Assembly (NCBI GenBank): GCA_017466805.1 | Contig: JAFTTN010000063.1 | Location: 7,156-71,155, forward strand | DNA from: Clostridia bacterium | Lineage (GTDB): Bacteria; Bacillota; Clostridia; Oscillospirales; CAG-382 | Reading direction: 5' to 3' | DNA length: 64,000 nt | In this document: positions 9,736 through 18,601 of the stretch, piece by piece | Layout: each line of letters opens with the position of its first letter | Position numbering within the stretch: the first letter of the stretch is position 1 | Position numbers and translations under genes: made by a program | Notes under the pieces: model-generated | Told to the model about the DNA's origin: nothing | Seen by the model: only the letters and a program-made list of their open reading frames with translations | The model's database searches: none

Positions 9736-10545
9736 TTAATATTCAAATTCGGCGTAAAGAAGAACGTGATCCGAATGATACATTTGATATATTCCGTAAC
9801 AATCTTCGACAAGCTTGAATTCCGACGAATAGCAGATATTGTCTATCTTTCTATCACCTTCGGGATGTGTAATAAAATCCGTTTCGGGATTATTGATATA
9901 CGAAAGCGGCTTTAATACTTCGAATTCTTCGTATGCATCTACGTTAAAGTCGCCAACGAGTATACAGTTGTTTTTATCCTTTACGGTTTCGGCAACGATT
10001 TTAAATTCATCGGCGCGTATACTGTCGCTCTTTATTGTAAGATGAGTGTTGAAGAAATTGATTTCTTTTCCCTCAACGTCGATTTTCGCATACGTAAGAA
10101 GGCGTCTTTCGACTTGAGAACCATCGTTGAGTTCGATTTCCTTGGTTTCTAAAATAGGATATTTTGAAAGAATCGCGGTACCGTATTCGCCGCCGTCGTA
10201 GTCTATGCATTTAAAAAACGCATAATACTGCATACCGGTGTATTGCTTTAGCAATTCCATTGTATCGGAATTCTTGGACCGATTACAAAATTGGTCGACC
10301 TCTTGAATACCAACGATATCAAGCTCGTTTTTCACTATATCGTCGGCAAGAACCTTGAAATCCCAATAGATTTCTCTGCCGTTTGCTATATTATACGAGC
10401 CAATTTTTAACTTTTTCGTTTCCACTGCACTAATCTCACTTTCCTCGGGAGTAGACGATACAACCTCGCCTTCGCTGCAACCTGACATACATACAAGCGT
10501 TACGACAAACACAGCGGAAAGAAGCAAAAACAATATTCTTTTCAT
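9736..10545 (-). CDS. endonuclease/exonuclease/phosphatase-family lipoprotein
   Basis: Signal peptide with lipobox MSGC. EEP motifs SYNI, GIQEV and HSDH. Confidence 0.75.
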   Translation of the reverse strand: MKRILFLLLSAVFVVTLVCMSGCSEGEVVSSTPEESEISAVETKKLKIGSYNIANGREIYWDFKVLADDIVKNELDIVGIQEVDQFCNRSKNSDTMELLKQYTGMQYYAFFKCIDYDGGEYGTAILSKYPILETKEIELNDGSQVERRLLTYAKIDVEGKEINFFNTHLTIKSDSIRADEFKIVAETVKDKNNCILVGDFNVDAYEEFEVLKPLSYINNPETDFITHPEGDRKIDNICYSSEFKLVEDCYGIYQMYHSDHVLLYAEFEY

Positions 10546-10623
10546 AGCTTTCACCTTTCGAATTTATCGATTTACATTATACTGCAAATATCGCGCATTA
10601 TCAAGATGTGATTTCAATTAATG

Positions 10624-11808
10624 CTAAAACTTAAACCGCTTTGCAACCTTTGCTGCAACTCTGTATATGGGCCCTTCGAGCTCCTTTCGTGCCGCCTTAA
10701 GTTCTTTTCTGATTTCAATTCCCTGTGGGCAATGCTTTTCGCATTTTCCGCATTCAACACAATTTGATGCGGAGGTCGAATTTGTGCGTAATGCTGTGCA
10801 CATAAAATAATCAACATACGCCCAAAACTTACCCTCCGAAAACCTTCGGTTATATGCAGCAAACGTTCCCGGTATATCAACGTTTTTGGGACAAGGCATA
10901 CAGTAGCCGCAACCGGTGCAGCCAACCTTCATTTTGGCATTTATTGCCGCAACGACCGATTTTAGCATATCTTCATCCTTTTCGGTAAGGGAACCGACGC
11001 TTGCATCACTCGCGGTATTAACGTTATCTTCAAGCATTTCCATTGAATTCATACCCGAAAGCACAACCGTAACCTCGGGCTGATTCCAAAGCCAGCGGAA
11101 CGCCCACTGTGCAGGAGTATGCGAAACGCTGTGAGAGGCGAAAACCTTTTCGGCGTCTTCGGGTAGATGAGTAACCAGCTTTCCTCCGCGTAGCGGCTCC
11201 ATAATTATAACCGGTATTCCCTTCGAATTTGCATACAAAAGACCTCTTCTGCCTGCTTGAGAGTTCTCGTCCATATAATTGTACTGAATCTGACAAAAAT
11301 CCCAATCGTATGCATCTATAAGAGCGCAAAAGGCTTCCGAATTTCCGTGATACGAAAAGCCGATTTGTTTTATTGCTCCGCTCGATTTCTTTTCTTCTAT
11401 CCAATCGAGTATACCGAGCGATATAAGTCTGCCCCAGGTATCTACATCAGTAAGCATATGCATAAGATAATAGTCTATGTGGTCGGTGCGCAGTCTTTTT
11501 AGCTGTTCATTGAATTTGGTTTCGAGATCTTTCCTGCTTTTTATAAGATAATGCGGAAGCTTTGTTGCAACGTATATCTTATCCCGCAAAGAATTTTTTT
11601 CGAGTATTTCACCCAAAACAGACTCGCTTCCGCCGTAAACGTACGCAGTGTCGAAATAGTTTATACCGTTCTCAACGGCATAAACTATTTCTTTTTCGGT
11701 TTCTTCGAAATCTATACCGGTTGCCTTGCGTGGAAAACGCATACATCCGAATCCGAGAATCGAAAGCTTGTTGCCGTATTTATCTTCTCTGTAATTCAAT
11801 ATCATCAT
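10624..11808 (-). CDS. aldo/keto reductase with C-terminal 4Fe-4S ferredoxin-type domain
   Basis: AKR fold with CTGCGYCMPCP and CVECGKCEKHCP cluster motifs. The exact start is uncertain (several candidates between 11799 and 11847). Confidence 0.8.
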   Translation of the reverse strand: MMILNYREDKYGNKLSILGFGCMRFPRKATGIDFEETEKEIVYAVENGINYFDTAYVYGGSESVLGEILEKNSLRDKIYVATKLPHYLIKSRKDLETKFNEQLKRLRTDHIDYYLMHMLTDVDTWGRLISLGILDWIEEKKSSGAIKQIGFSYHGNSEAFCALIDAYDWDFCQIQYNYMDENSQAGRRGLLYANSKGIPVIIMEPLRGGKLVTHLPEDAEKVFASHSVSHTPAQWAFRWLWNQPEVTVVLSGMNSMEMLEDNVNTASDASVGSLTEKDEDMLKSVVAAINAKMKVGCTGCGYCMPCPKNVDIPGTFAAYNRRFSEGKFWAYVDYFMCTALRTNSTSASNCVECGKCEKHCPQGIEIRKELKAARKELEGPIYRVAAKVAKRFKF

Positions 11809-11955
11809 CTCCTTTGACATTATAGCATAACGGTGTATAAAGAGCAATACGATATTGTAATTTAAATTTTTTAATGATATTATATAATAAAAGTGAGTGT
11901 TTTTAACAACTCATACGTATAAACACTTGAAACCGAAGTTAACGAGGTTCATAAA

Positions 11956-12501
11956 ATGAACAACGATCAGGGTGCAGTTTTCTACAAGCGGTTTCTTGAA
12001 GGCGACGAAAGCGCTTTCGAGGAGATACTGAACACCTATCGCGAGGGTCTGACGTTCTTTATCTGCCGCTACGTAAAAAACGTTGACGTTGCCGAGGATA
12101 TCGCTGCCGACGTTTTTGCGTACATTATCTTCAAACCGAAGAAATACAACTTCAAAGTAAGCCTTAAAACCTATCTTTACACGATAGGCAGGTCTCGTGC
12201 GCTCGATTGGCTAAGAAAAGAATCAAAACGAAGGCATATTCCGATCGAATCGCTTTACAACGAGCCTTCGGATAACAGCAAAACGCTTGAAGAAACGGTT
12301 ATCGCCGAGGAAGAAAAGCGCAAGCTTTACGCTGCAATGGATAAGCTTCCCGACGATTACAAAACGGCAATGCATCTTGTTTATTTCGAAGGCTTATCGT
12401 ATGAAGAAGCCGCAAAGGTAATGGACAAGAACAAAAAGCAAATCGAAAACATAATTTACAGAGCCAAAAAGACCTTGCGAAAATATTTGGAGGAAAGCTG
12501 A
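11956..12501 (+). CDS. ECF-type sigma-70 family RNA polymerase sigma factor
   Basis: 181 aa with only regions 2 and 4. The stop lies 1 nt before the next start. Confidence 0.85.
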   Translation: MNNDQGAVFYKRFLEGDESAFEEILNTYREGLTFFICRYVKNVDVAEDIAADVFAYIIFKPKKYNFKVSLKTYLYTIGRSRALDWLRKESKRRHIPIESLYNEPSDNSKTLEETVIAEEEKRKLYAAMDKLPDDYKTAMHLVYFEGLSYEEAAKVMDKNKKQIENIIYRAKKTLRKYLEES

Positions 12502-12502
12502 T

Positions 12503-14218
12503 ATGAGATCAAACGAAGAATTCAAGCAGCTTGTTAACGATAAATACGAAAAGTTAAATAAAAACAGACGCAATTTCAGACGCAGGCTTATGACAGTCGG
12601 CTCGAGCTTGATCGTAACGGTTATCGCGCTGAACGTATTTATCGGAAACGGTCTGTATAAAAAAATATTTTCCGGTGCTTCCGATTACGCATCTTCTGAA
12701 AGCGAAATCAGCAGCGCCGAATCACAAATCGATCACGACGGTAACGACTATCTTTCTGAAGAAGGCGGCAATGATACTCTGCAAAGCGAAGCAGAGGATT
12801 TTGAAGAATCCAAAGGTAACGTTTCGGAAGAAATTTTCGCAGAAGAAGGTGTCGACGCTTCAAACGGTCCCGATTTGACCGTAAGTGAAGACGAATACGA
12901 CTCCGATACATCCAAAAACGAAATATTCGACGCGGACGAAGACTTTATCTTTCGCCCCGACGGAATAATGAATATATATTCGACCGTTGATTTGATGCAC
13001 GAGCTTTACGGAGTTATCTACGAAGATCTATGCGGACCCGAAGACGAAGAGAATCTTTCTTTCCCCGAAGTAAGCGAGGGCGAAAGCGGAGCCGAAGAAA
13101 CACCGTTAGAACCCGACGTTGATTTAAGTCAAACACAAAACGGGCTGACAGATTTCAGTTTTTCGATATTTCGCGAATCGTACGAATACGGCAAAAACAA
13201 CTGTGTTTCGCCCGCGTCTGCCTTCTACGTACTTGGTATGGCTGCAAACGGTGCGCACGGCAACACCCTGCAAGAAATGATAGACACTCTTTGCGGTACC
13301 GATATTTACTCCTTGAATGCCTTTATGAAACACTATAAGGAGTTATACACGAACGACCTTTACCAAACGGCGAGCATTAACGGAGCGATGTGGTTTGATA
13401 GTGACGTAAGCATCGATAAGGGCTTTTTGAACACAAACAAAGAGTATTACAAAATGAACGCATACAAAACCGTAATGAACGACGGAACGGCGCTTGAAAG
13501 CATAAACGAGTGGATCAACAGAAAAACCTACGGTTTAATCCCCCGAATGCTTGACAACCTCAATCCCGGCACCGATATCGTTATGGCAAGTACGGTATAT
13601 TTCGAATCAAGCTGGAACAACAAATTCTCTTTATTGGAGGGTACGCAGAATTTCACATCCTCCGACGGCAAGATTAAGCAGGTTGAAATGATGATAGGCA
13701 GTGCCGACAAATATTTAGAAAACGGCCACTGCAAAGGATTTATCAAAGACTACGGCGAAAAGGGCAAGTTTAAATTTATTGCACTTTTACCGAACGAGAA
13801 TATAAGCTTAAAAATGCTGTTAGGTTCGCTTAATTCGCAAGAATACAGAAAGCTATTAAGCAATGCGAGCTATATCGACACCAACGTAACTATGCCTTTG
13901 TTTGAATGCACAGCAAGGCTTGAGCTGACCGATACGCTGAAAAAAATGGGCATTAAAGATGCTTTTGACGCCCAAAATGCTAACTTCTATCGTCTTACAG
14001 ACTCGAATTTATCTTTATCCAACGTATACCAAGACGTTACGATATCCGTTCACGAAAAGGGCACTCTTGCGGCAAGTGCAACAATAATTACCACACCCGG
14101 TGCAACTCCACCTTCCGAGACAAAGGAGTTAATATTCGACAAACCATTCCTATATATGATTATCGACAACGAAACAAAGCTTCCGATGTTTATAGGTACG
14201 GTCGAGGATTTCGAATAA
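12503..14218 (+). CDS. membrane-anchored serpin: short cytoplasmic N-terminus, 1 TM, acidic linker, serpin domain
   Basis: TM helix at roughly aa 30-52, an acidic low-complexity region to about aa 205, then a serpin fold. The hinge/RCL is EKGTLAASATIITTPGA and the C-terminal block is FDKPFLYMI. Confidence 0.85.
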   Translation: MRSNEEFKQLVNDKYEKLNKNRRNFRRRLMTVGSSLIVTVIALNVFIGNGLYKKIFSGASDYASSESEISSAESQIDHDGNDYLSEEGGNDTLQSEAEDFEESKGNVSEEIFAEEGVDASNGPDLTVSEDEYDSDTSKNEIFDADEDFIFRPDGIMNIYSTVDLMHELYGVIYEDLCGPEDEENLSFPEVSEGESGAEETPLEPDVDLSQTQNGLTDFSFSIFRESYEYGKNNCVSPASAFYVLGMAANGAHGNTLQEMIDTLCGTDIYSLNAFMKHYKELYTNDLYQTASINGAMWFDSDVSIDKGFLNTNKEYYKMNAYKTVMNDGTALESINEWINRKTYGLIPRMLDNLNPGTDIVMASTVYFESSWNNKFSLLEGTQNFTSSDGKIKQVEMMIGSADKYLENGHCKGFIKDYGEKGKFKFIALLPNENISLKMLLGSLNSQEYRKLLSNASYIDTNVTMPLFECTARLELTDTLKKMGIKDAFDAQNANFYRLTDSNLSLSNVYQDVTISVHEKGTLAASATIITTPGATPPSETKELIFDKPFLYMIIDNETKLPMFIGTVEDFE

Positions 14219-14228
14219 GAGAATACGC

Positions 14229-14255
14229 AAAAAGGACACCTTACGTGTCCTTTTT
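14229..14255. terminator. bidirectional intrinsic terminator
   Basis: AAAAAGGACAC-cttac-GTGTCCTTTTT lies between convergent genes. Confidence 0.7.
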
Positions 14256-14267
14256 GTTATACAAAAC

Positions 14268-15509
14268 TTATTCACCAAGCATTTCGGCAAGTGCGGTCAA
14301 TATACCGAGTTTGCCGCTTTCGTAAGTAAGACCGCCCTGCATATATACCAGATACGGCTCACGAAGAGGCGCATCGGCAGAAAGCTCGATCGAGCTTCCT
14401 TGAGTAAAAGCACCTGCAGCCATTACGACAGAATCGTTATATCCCGGCATTTCCCAGCCTTCAGGTGTAACGAAGCTGTCAACGGGCGAGCCCTTTTGTA
14501 TTCCTCGGCAGAATTTAAGAACGTTTTCTGCGTTATGAAGTCTGATTGTTTGAATAATGTCACTTCTTCTTTCGTTCGAAGGAGGATAGCATTCAAAACC
14601 TTGACGTTCGAACATCGCAGCCGCGAAATGTGCGGTTTTGATAGCCTGCGCGGTTATATGCGGTGCAAAGAAAAGGCCCTTTATCATAGGCTTTGTCGCA
14701 CCCATAGATGCACCTGCCTCCAATCCGATACCCGGAACTGTAAGACGGTAGGATGCGAGCTCAACCGCACGCTTAGTGCCGACTATATAGCCGCCCGTTT
14801 CGGCAATACCGCCGCCTGCGTTTTTAATAAGCGAGCCGACAAGAAGGTCGCCCTTCGGTTCTTCCTCTTCGGTAAATTCACCATAGCAGTTATCGACGAC
14901 AAGATAAACGCCATCGAATTCGCGCACAAGCGCAAACAGCTCGTTTATTTCTGCAACCGTAAGCGTTCTGCGGTCGCCATAGCCCTTCGAGCGCTGAACG
15001 AACACTACCTTTATGCTTTTATCGCTAATAAGCGCTTCGCGAATTGCGTCCAAATTAAGAGTTTTACCGTCGACAAGCGGAATCTCGCGATATTTTACAC
15101 CGTATTCGGCAAGCGATCCTTCGCCGTTTTTGTCGCTGCCGTTTATACCGATAACGTTATCGAGCGTATCGTAAGGCTTTCCGCTTGCGGCAAGCATAGT
15201 ATCGTTTGGTCTTAAAAGCCCATACAACGCAATAGCAAGCGCGTGGGTACCCGAAATTATTTGAGAACGCGCAAAGCCTGACTCGGCACCGAAAGCTTCG
15301 GCGAACATTTTATCGCAAAGATCGCGTCCGTCGTCATTATATCCGTATCCGCAGGTAGAATTAAAATGACGGTCGGAAAGACGGTTTTCGCGGAACACCG
15401 ACATTACCTTTTGGGTATTCTTAAAAGCAACCGCATCGATTTCGGAAAAAATCGGCGCAAGATCGCGCTCGCATTCTTCGGCGAGCTTCAAAAGTTTTTC
15501 GCTAAACAT
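14268..15509 (-). CDS. YnbB-type PLP-dependent methionine gamma-lyase-family protein (so-called aluminium resistance protein)
   Basis: Family-typical N-terminus MFSEKLL...GYGYNDDGRD. Start moved to the ATG 8 nt after GGAAG. Confidence 0.7.
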   Translation of the reverse strand: MFSEKLLKLAEECERDLAPIFSEIDAVAFKNTQKVMSVFRENRLSDRHFNSTCGYGYNDDGRDLCDKMFAEAFGAESGFARSQIISGTHALAIALYGLLRPNDTMLAASGKPYDTLDNVIGINGSDKNGEGSLAEYGVKYREIPLVDGKTLNLDAIREALISDKSIKVVFVQRSKGYGDRRTLTVAEINELFALVREFDGVYLVVDNCYGEFTEEEEPKGDLLVGSLIKNAGGGIAETGGYIVGTKRAVELASYRLTVPGIGLEAGASMGATKPMIKGLFFAPHITAQAIKTAHFAAAMFERQGFECYPPSNERRSDIIQTIRLHNAENVLKFCRGIQKGSPVDSFVTPEGWEMPGYNDSVVMAAGAFTQGSSIELSADAPLREPYLVYMQGGLTYESGKLGILTALAEMLGE

Positions 15510-15528
15510 ATTTTTACTTCCGTTACAA

Positions 15529-16524
15529 TTATTCTGCGCCGTTTTCGATAAACGCAATAAGAAGATCGCCGCACGCCTTTAAATCGTCGCTATCGATGGT
15601 TTCAACGGGGCTATGAACGTAGCGTGTGGGAAGCGAAATACAACACGCATGCGAGCCTGCACCGGCTATCTGCATTTGCGAGGTATCGGTACCGCCGGCA
15701 AGAAGCACCTCGTATTGATATTTGATGTTGTTCGCTTCAGCCAAATCGGTAAGTCTGTCCACTATCTTTCTTGAGCAGATAACCGAGCTGTCCTTTATTT
15801 TAATAGCCGCACCGTTGCCGAGCTTTGCTGTAAGATGGTTTGGGTTACCGCAAGCAGGCGCAGGCGTAACGTCGAGCGCGATTGAATAATCGGGCATTAC
15901 CGCAAAGGACGAGGGCTTTGCACCGCGGCAGCCTACCTCTTCCTGAGTTGTGAATACGAAATAGGTATCATACGCGGGTACCTTGCAGTTAAGTGCTGCG
16001 TAAGCCGAAATAGCACAGCATACGCGGTCATCAAACGCTTTGGAAGCGTAACGCTTCGAGGAAAGCTTTTTGAACATAGGAGCAAGCGCGCATACGTCGC
16101 CAACCTTAACCTTGCGCTTCGCCTTAGCTCCGCTGTCTGCGCCGATATCGACAAAAAGCTTATTTGCAGTAAGATCGGAAGCTCGTGTACCGTCCTCTAC
16201 AACCAATATGCCCTGCGTTCCATTTTGGAATTTTACGTTATGGTAGCAGGAAGCCAGCGCGTTGATACCGCCGATAGGTGCAACGCGAATCATGCCGTTA
16301 TCTTCTACGTTTACAACCATAAAGCCGATTTCATCCATATGCGAAGCAATCATAAGCTTTTTCGAGGAATCCTTGCCCTTTTTAAGAACGATTACGTTCC
16401 CCATAGCATCGATAGAAATTTCATCGGCTATTCCGGCAAGATCGGTTTTGATTATTTCGGCGAGTTCGGTTTCGTAACCGGAAACTGAGAATGCGTTTTG
16501 ATATTTTTTTACGTGATTAAGCAT
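15529..16524 (-). CDS. M42-family metallo-aminopeptidase (FrvX/TET-like), paralog 3
   Basis: HMDEIGFMV and AFDDRV motifs. 331 aa. Confidence 0.85.
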   Translation of the reverse strand: MLNHVKKYQNAFSVSGYETELAEIIKTDLAGIADEISIDAMGNVIVLKKGKDSSKKLMIASHMDEIGFMVVNVEDNGMIRVAPIGGINALASCYHNVKFQNGTQGILVVEDGTRASDLTANKLFVDIGADSGAKAKRKVKVGDVCALAPMFKKLSSKRYASKAFDDRVCCAISAYAALNCKVPAYDTYFVFTTQEEVGCRGAKPSSFAVMPDYSIALDVTPAPACGNPNHLTAKLGNGAAIKIKDSSVICSRKIVDRLTDLAEANNIKYQYEVLLAGGTDTSQMQIAGAGSHACCISLPTRYVHSPVETIDSDDLKACGDLLIAFIENGAE

Positions 16525-17543
16525 TAGTCAAAGCTCCTTTCATTAATCGCTGCGGCAAGGTCGGCCACAGCCTGCATATCGGAAAGCGACAGCACGTTTG
16601 ATGCGGAATGGATATATCTTGCAGGTGCACTAATTGCAAGAACTCTTGCACCGGTAGCGGCACGCTGATATACACCGGCTTCGTTACCGCCCGCGACGAC
16701 GTTTTTATACTGCCATTTAATATTCTTTTCTTTCGCAACCTCGGTTGCGAGAAGCACGAGCTCTTTATCGTAAATAGTGCTTCTGTCCATAAGCGAAAGC
16801 ACCGCACCGCTGCCTACCGAGCAAGCGCATTTTGATTTAGGCACACCGAGTATATCGCCCGCAGTTGTTGCCTCGAGCGCGATAACTATATCGGGACGAA
16901 GTCTGTGGGATACCTCTTTTGCACCGTCGCACCCGATTTCCTCGCAGGTATTGAACGCAAAATAAGTATCGTATTCGAGCTCGCTGTTTATCATCGCAAC
17001 GAGTGCGGCGCATCCGAAACGGTCATCGAGGGCCTTGGAACGAACGAGCCCATTGCCGAACTCTTCGTAATTCGGTTCGAAAGTACAGCAATCACCGATA
17101 GTGATATATTTTTTCGCGTCTTCGCGGCTTGATGCGCCGATATCGATATGCATTTCGCTTATAGCTTCGCATTTTCCGCGTTCCTCGAGCGTTTGCATAT
17201 GAATTGCTTTCGATGCAACGACACCGTTAATACCGCTTTCACAGAACACGATTCTCTTGCCGCTTACGACGCGTCTGTCGATACCGCCGACTGCATCGAA
17301 CCATAGGTAGCCTTCCTCGTCTATATACTTGATCATAAATCCTACTTCATCTGTATGTGCCGAGAATAGAACCTTTTTGTTTCTTCTGTTTTTCCCTTTT
17401 TTGAAAACGATAAGGTTGCCTATCGGATCGGTTTCGTATTCTGCACCCGAATCCTTAATATCTTCGATAATTGCTTCACGTATCGCATCCTCCATACCCG
17501 AAGGACCGAGGATATCGCAATATCTTTTCAAATATTTCATCAT
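16524..17543 (-). CDS. M42-family metallo-aminopeptidase, paralog 2
   Basis: HTDEVGFMI and ALDDRFG motifs. 339 aa. Confidence 0.85.
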   Translation of the reverse strand: MMKYLKRYCDILGPSGMEDAIREAIIEDIKDSGAEYETDPIGNLIVFKKGKNRRNKKVLFSAHTDEVGFMIKYIDEEGYLWFDAVGGIDRRVVSGKRIVFCESGINGVVASKAIHMQTLEERGKCEAISEMHIDIGASSREDAKKYITIGDCCTFEPNYEEFGNGLVRSKALDDRFGCAALVAMINSELEYDTYFAFNTCEEIGCDGAKEVSHRLRPDIVIALEATTAGDILGVPKSKCACSVGSGAVLSLMDRSTIYDKELVLLATEVAKEKNIKWQYKNVVAGGNEAGVYQRAATGARVLAISAPARYIHSASNVLSLSDMQAVADLAAAINERSFD

Positions 17544-17557
17544 TGCGTTTTCCTCCC

Positions 17558-18589
17558 TTACATCGAAGCTATAACCGCCGCGATAAGCCGCGAGGTATTA
17601 TAGGCATCGTTCATATTCACAATTTCGCTCATTGTATGCATATTTTTAAGCGGAATAGATATTAAAAGTGTGGGTATACCGTTGCGCGTTGTCTGTACCG
17701 CATTGGAATTCGTGCCCGTTCTGCCGGGTGCGGCGGAAAGCTGATAAGGTATTTCCTCACGTTCTGCTATTGCAACAGCCTGCTTAGTAAACGCACGGTT
17801 GGTTTGAGGAGAAAAACAAATATCGCCGCCTTTTCCTGCGCGAACGCCCTCACGAGTTTTCGGCGCGCCGGGAACGAATGCATGTGTAACGTCGATAACT
17901 ATCGCTTTGTCGGGATTAAGGCGGTAAGCTGTAGTCATTGCGCCTTTATATCCGGTTTCCTCATTACCCGAAAATTGAAACGCAACGTCGACGTTAAGTT
18001 TTGATTTATCGAGCATCATAAGCGCACGTACTATTGCCGCTCCGCAAAGCCTATCGTCGAAGCCTGCGCCAGCAAGGTTATCGTTTAAAAGCTTTTTAAG
18101 CTTGCAGGGGAAGCCGACGGGAGTACCGATACGCACAATTTTTTTAAGCTCATCGAGCGAAAGACCCGTATCAACGCAAAGGTCGGTAACGTTCATTTTC
18201 TTTTCGCTTTCTCCGGGCTCCTGCAAATGCGGAGGCTTTGAGCCGAACACGCCGCGAATTGTTTTTTTGCCGTACACCTTGACCTCTGCAGAGGGTAGAA
18301 TCTTCGCCGCAATACCGCCGATAGGGGCAATTCGGAGAAAACCGCCCTCGCAAAGCTCGGTAACGACGAAGCCGACTGTATCGAGATGGGCGTCGCAAAG
18401 AACAAGCGGTGCGTTTTCCTTGCCGCAACGCATTATTCCATAGAAGCTGCCGACCGAGGTAGTGCCGATTTCATCGAAAACGCCAAGTGTTTCGACGTAG
18501 CGTTTCAGTTCGTCAAACGCCATATCCTCGAACCCCGAAACGCCGGGATAAGAGGTAAAGTTTTCGACGAGAGAGTATAGCCTTTCCAT
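17558..18589 (-). CDS. M42-family metallo-aminopeptidase, paralog 1
   Basis: AHLDTVGFVV and GFDDRLC motifs. 343 aa. Confidence 0.85.
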   Translation of the reverse strand: MERLYSLVENFTSYPGVSGFEDMAFDELKRYVETLGVFDEIGTTSVGSFYGIMRCGKENAPLVLCDAHLDTVGFVVTELCEGGFLRIAPIGGIAAKILPSAEVKVYGKKTIRGVFGSKPPHLQEPGESEKKMNVTDLCVDTGLSLDELKKIVRIGTPVGFPCKLKKLLNDNLAGAGFDDRLCGAAIVRALMMLDKSKLNVDVAFQFSGNEETGYKGAMTTAYRLNPDKAIVIDVTHAFVPGAPKTREGVRAGKGGDICFSPQTNRAFTKQAVAIAEREEIPYQLSAAPGRTGTNSNAVQTTRNGIPTLLISIPLKNMHTMSEIVNMNDAYNTSRLIAAVIASM

Positions 18590-18601
18590 ATATATCCTCC
18601 T

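Noticed and set aside
11928-11955. TGAAAC-N16-CATA upstream of sigma-1 as an ECF promoter
   Set aside because: The putative -10 ends 2 nt before the ATG, so transcription would start inside the ORF and no alternative start codon follows. It is kept only as a shared-motif observation.
14400-15215. 271-aa plus-strand ORF
   Set aside because: Antisense to the YnbB-type PLP enzyme gene. No recognisable motifs.
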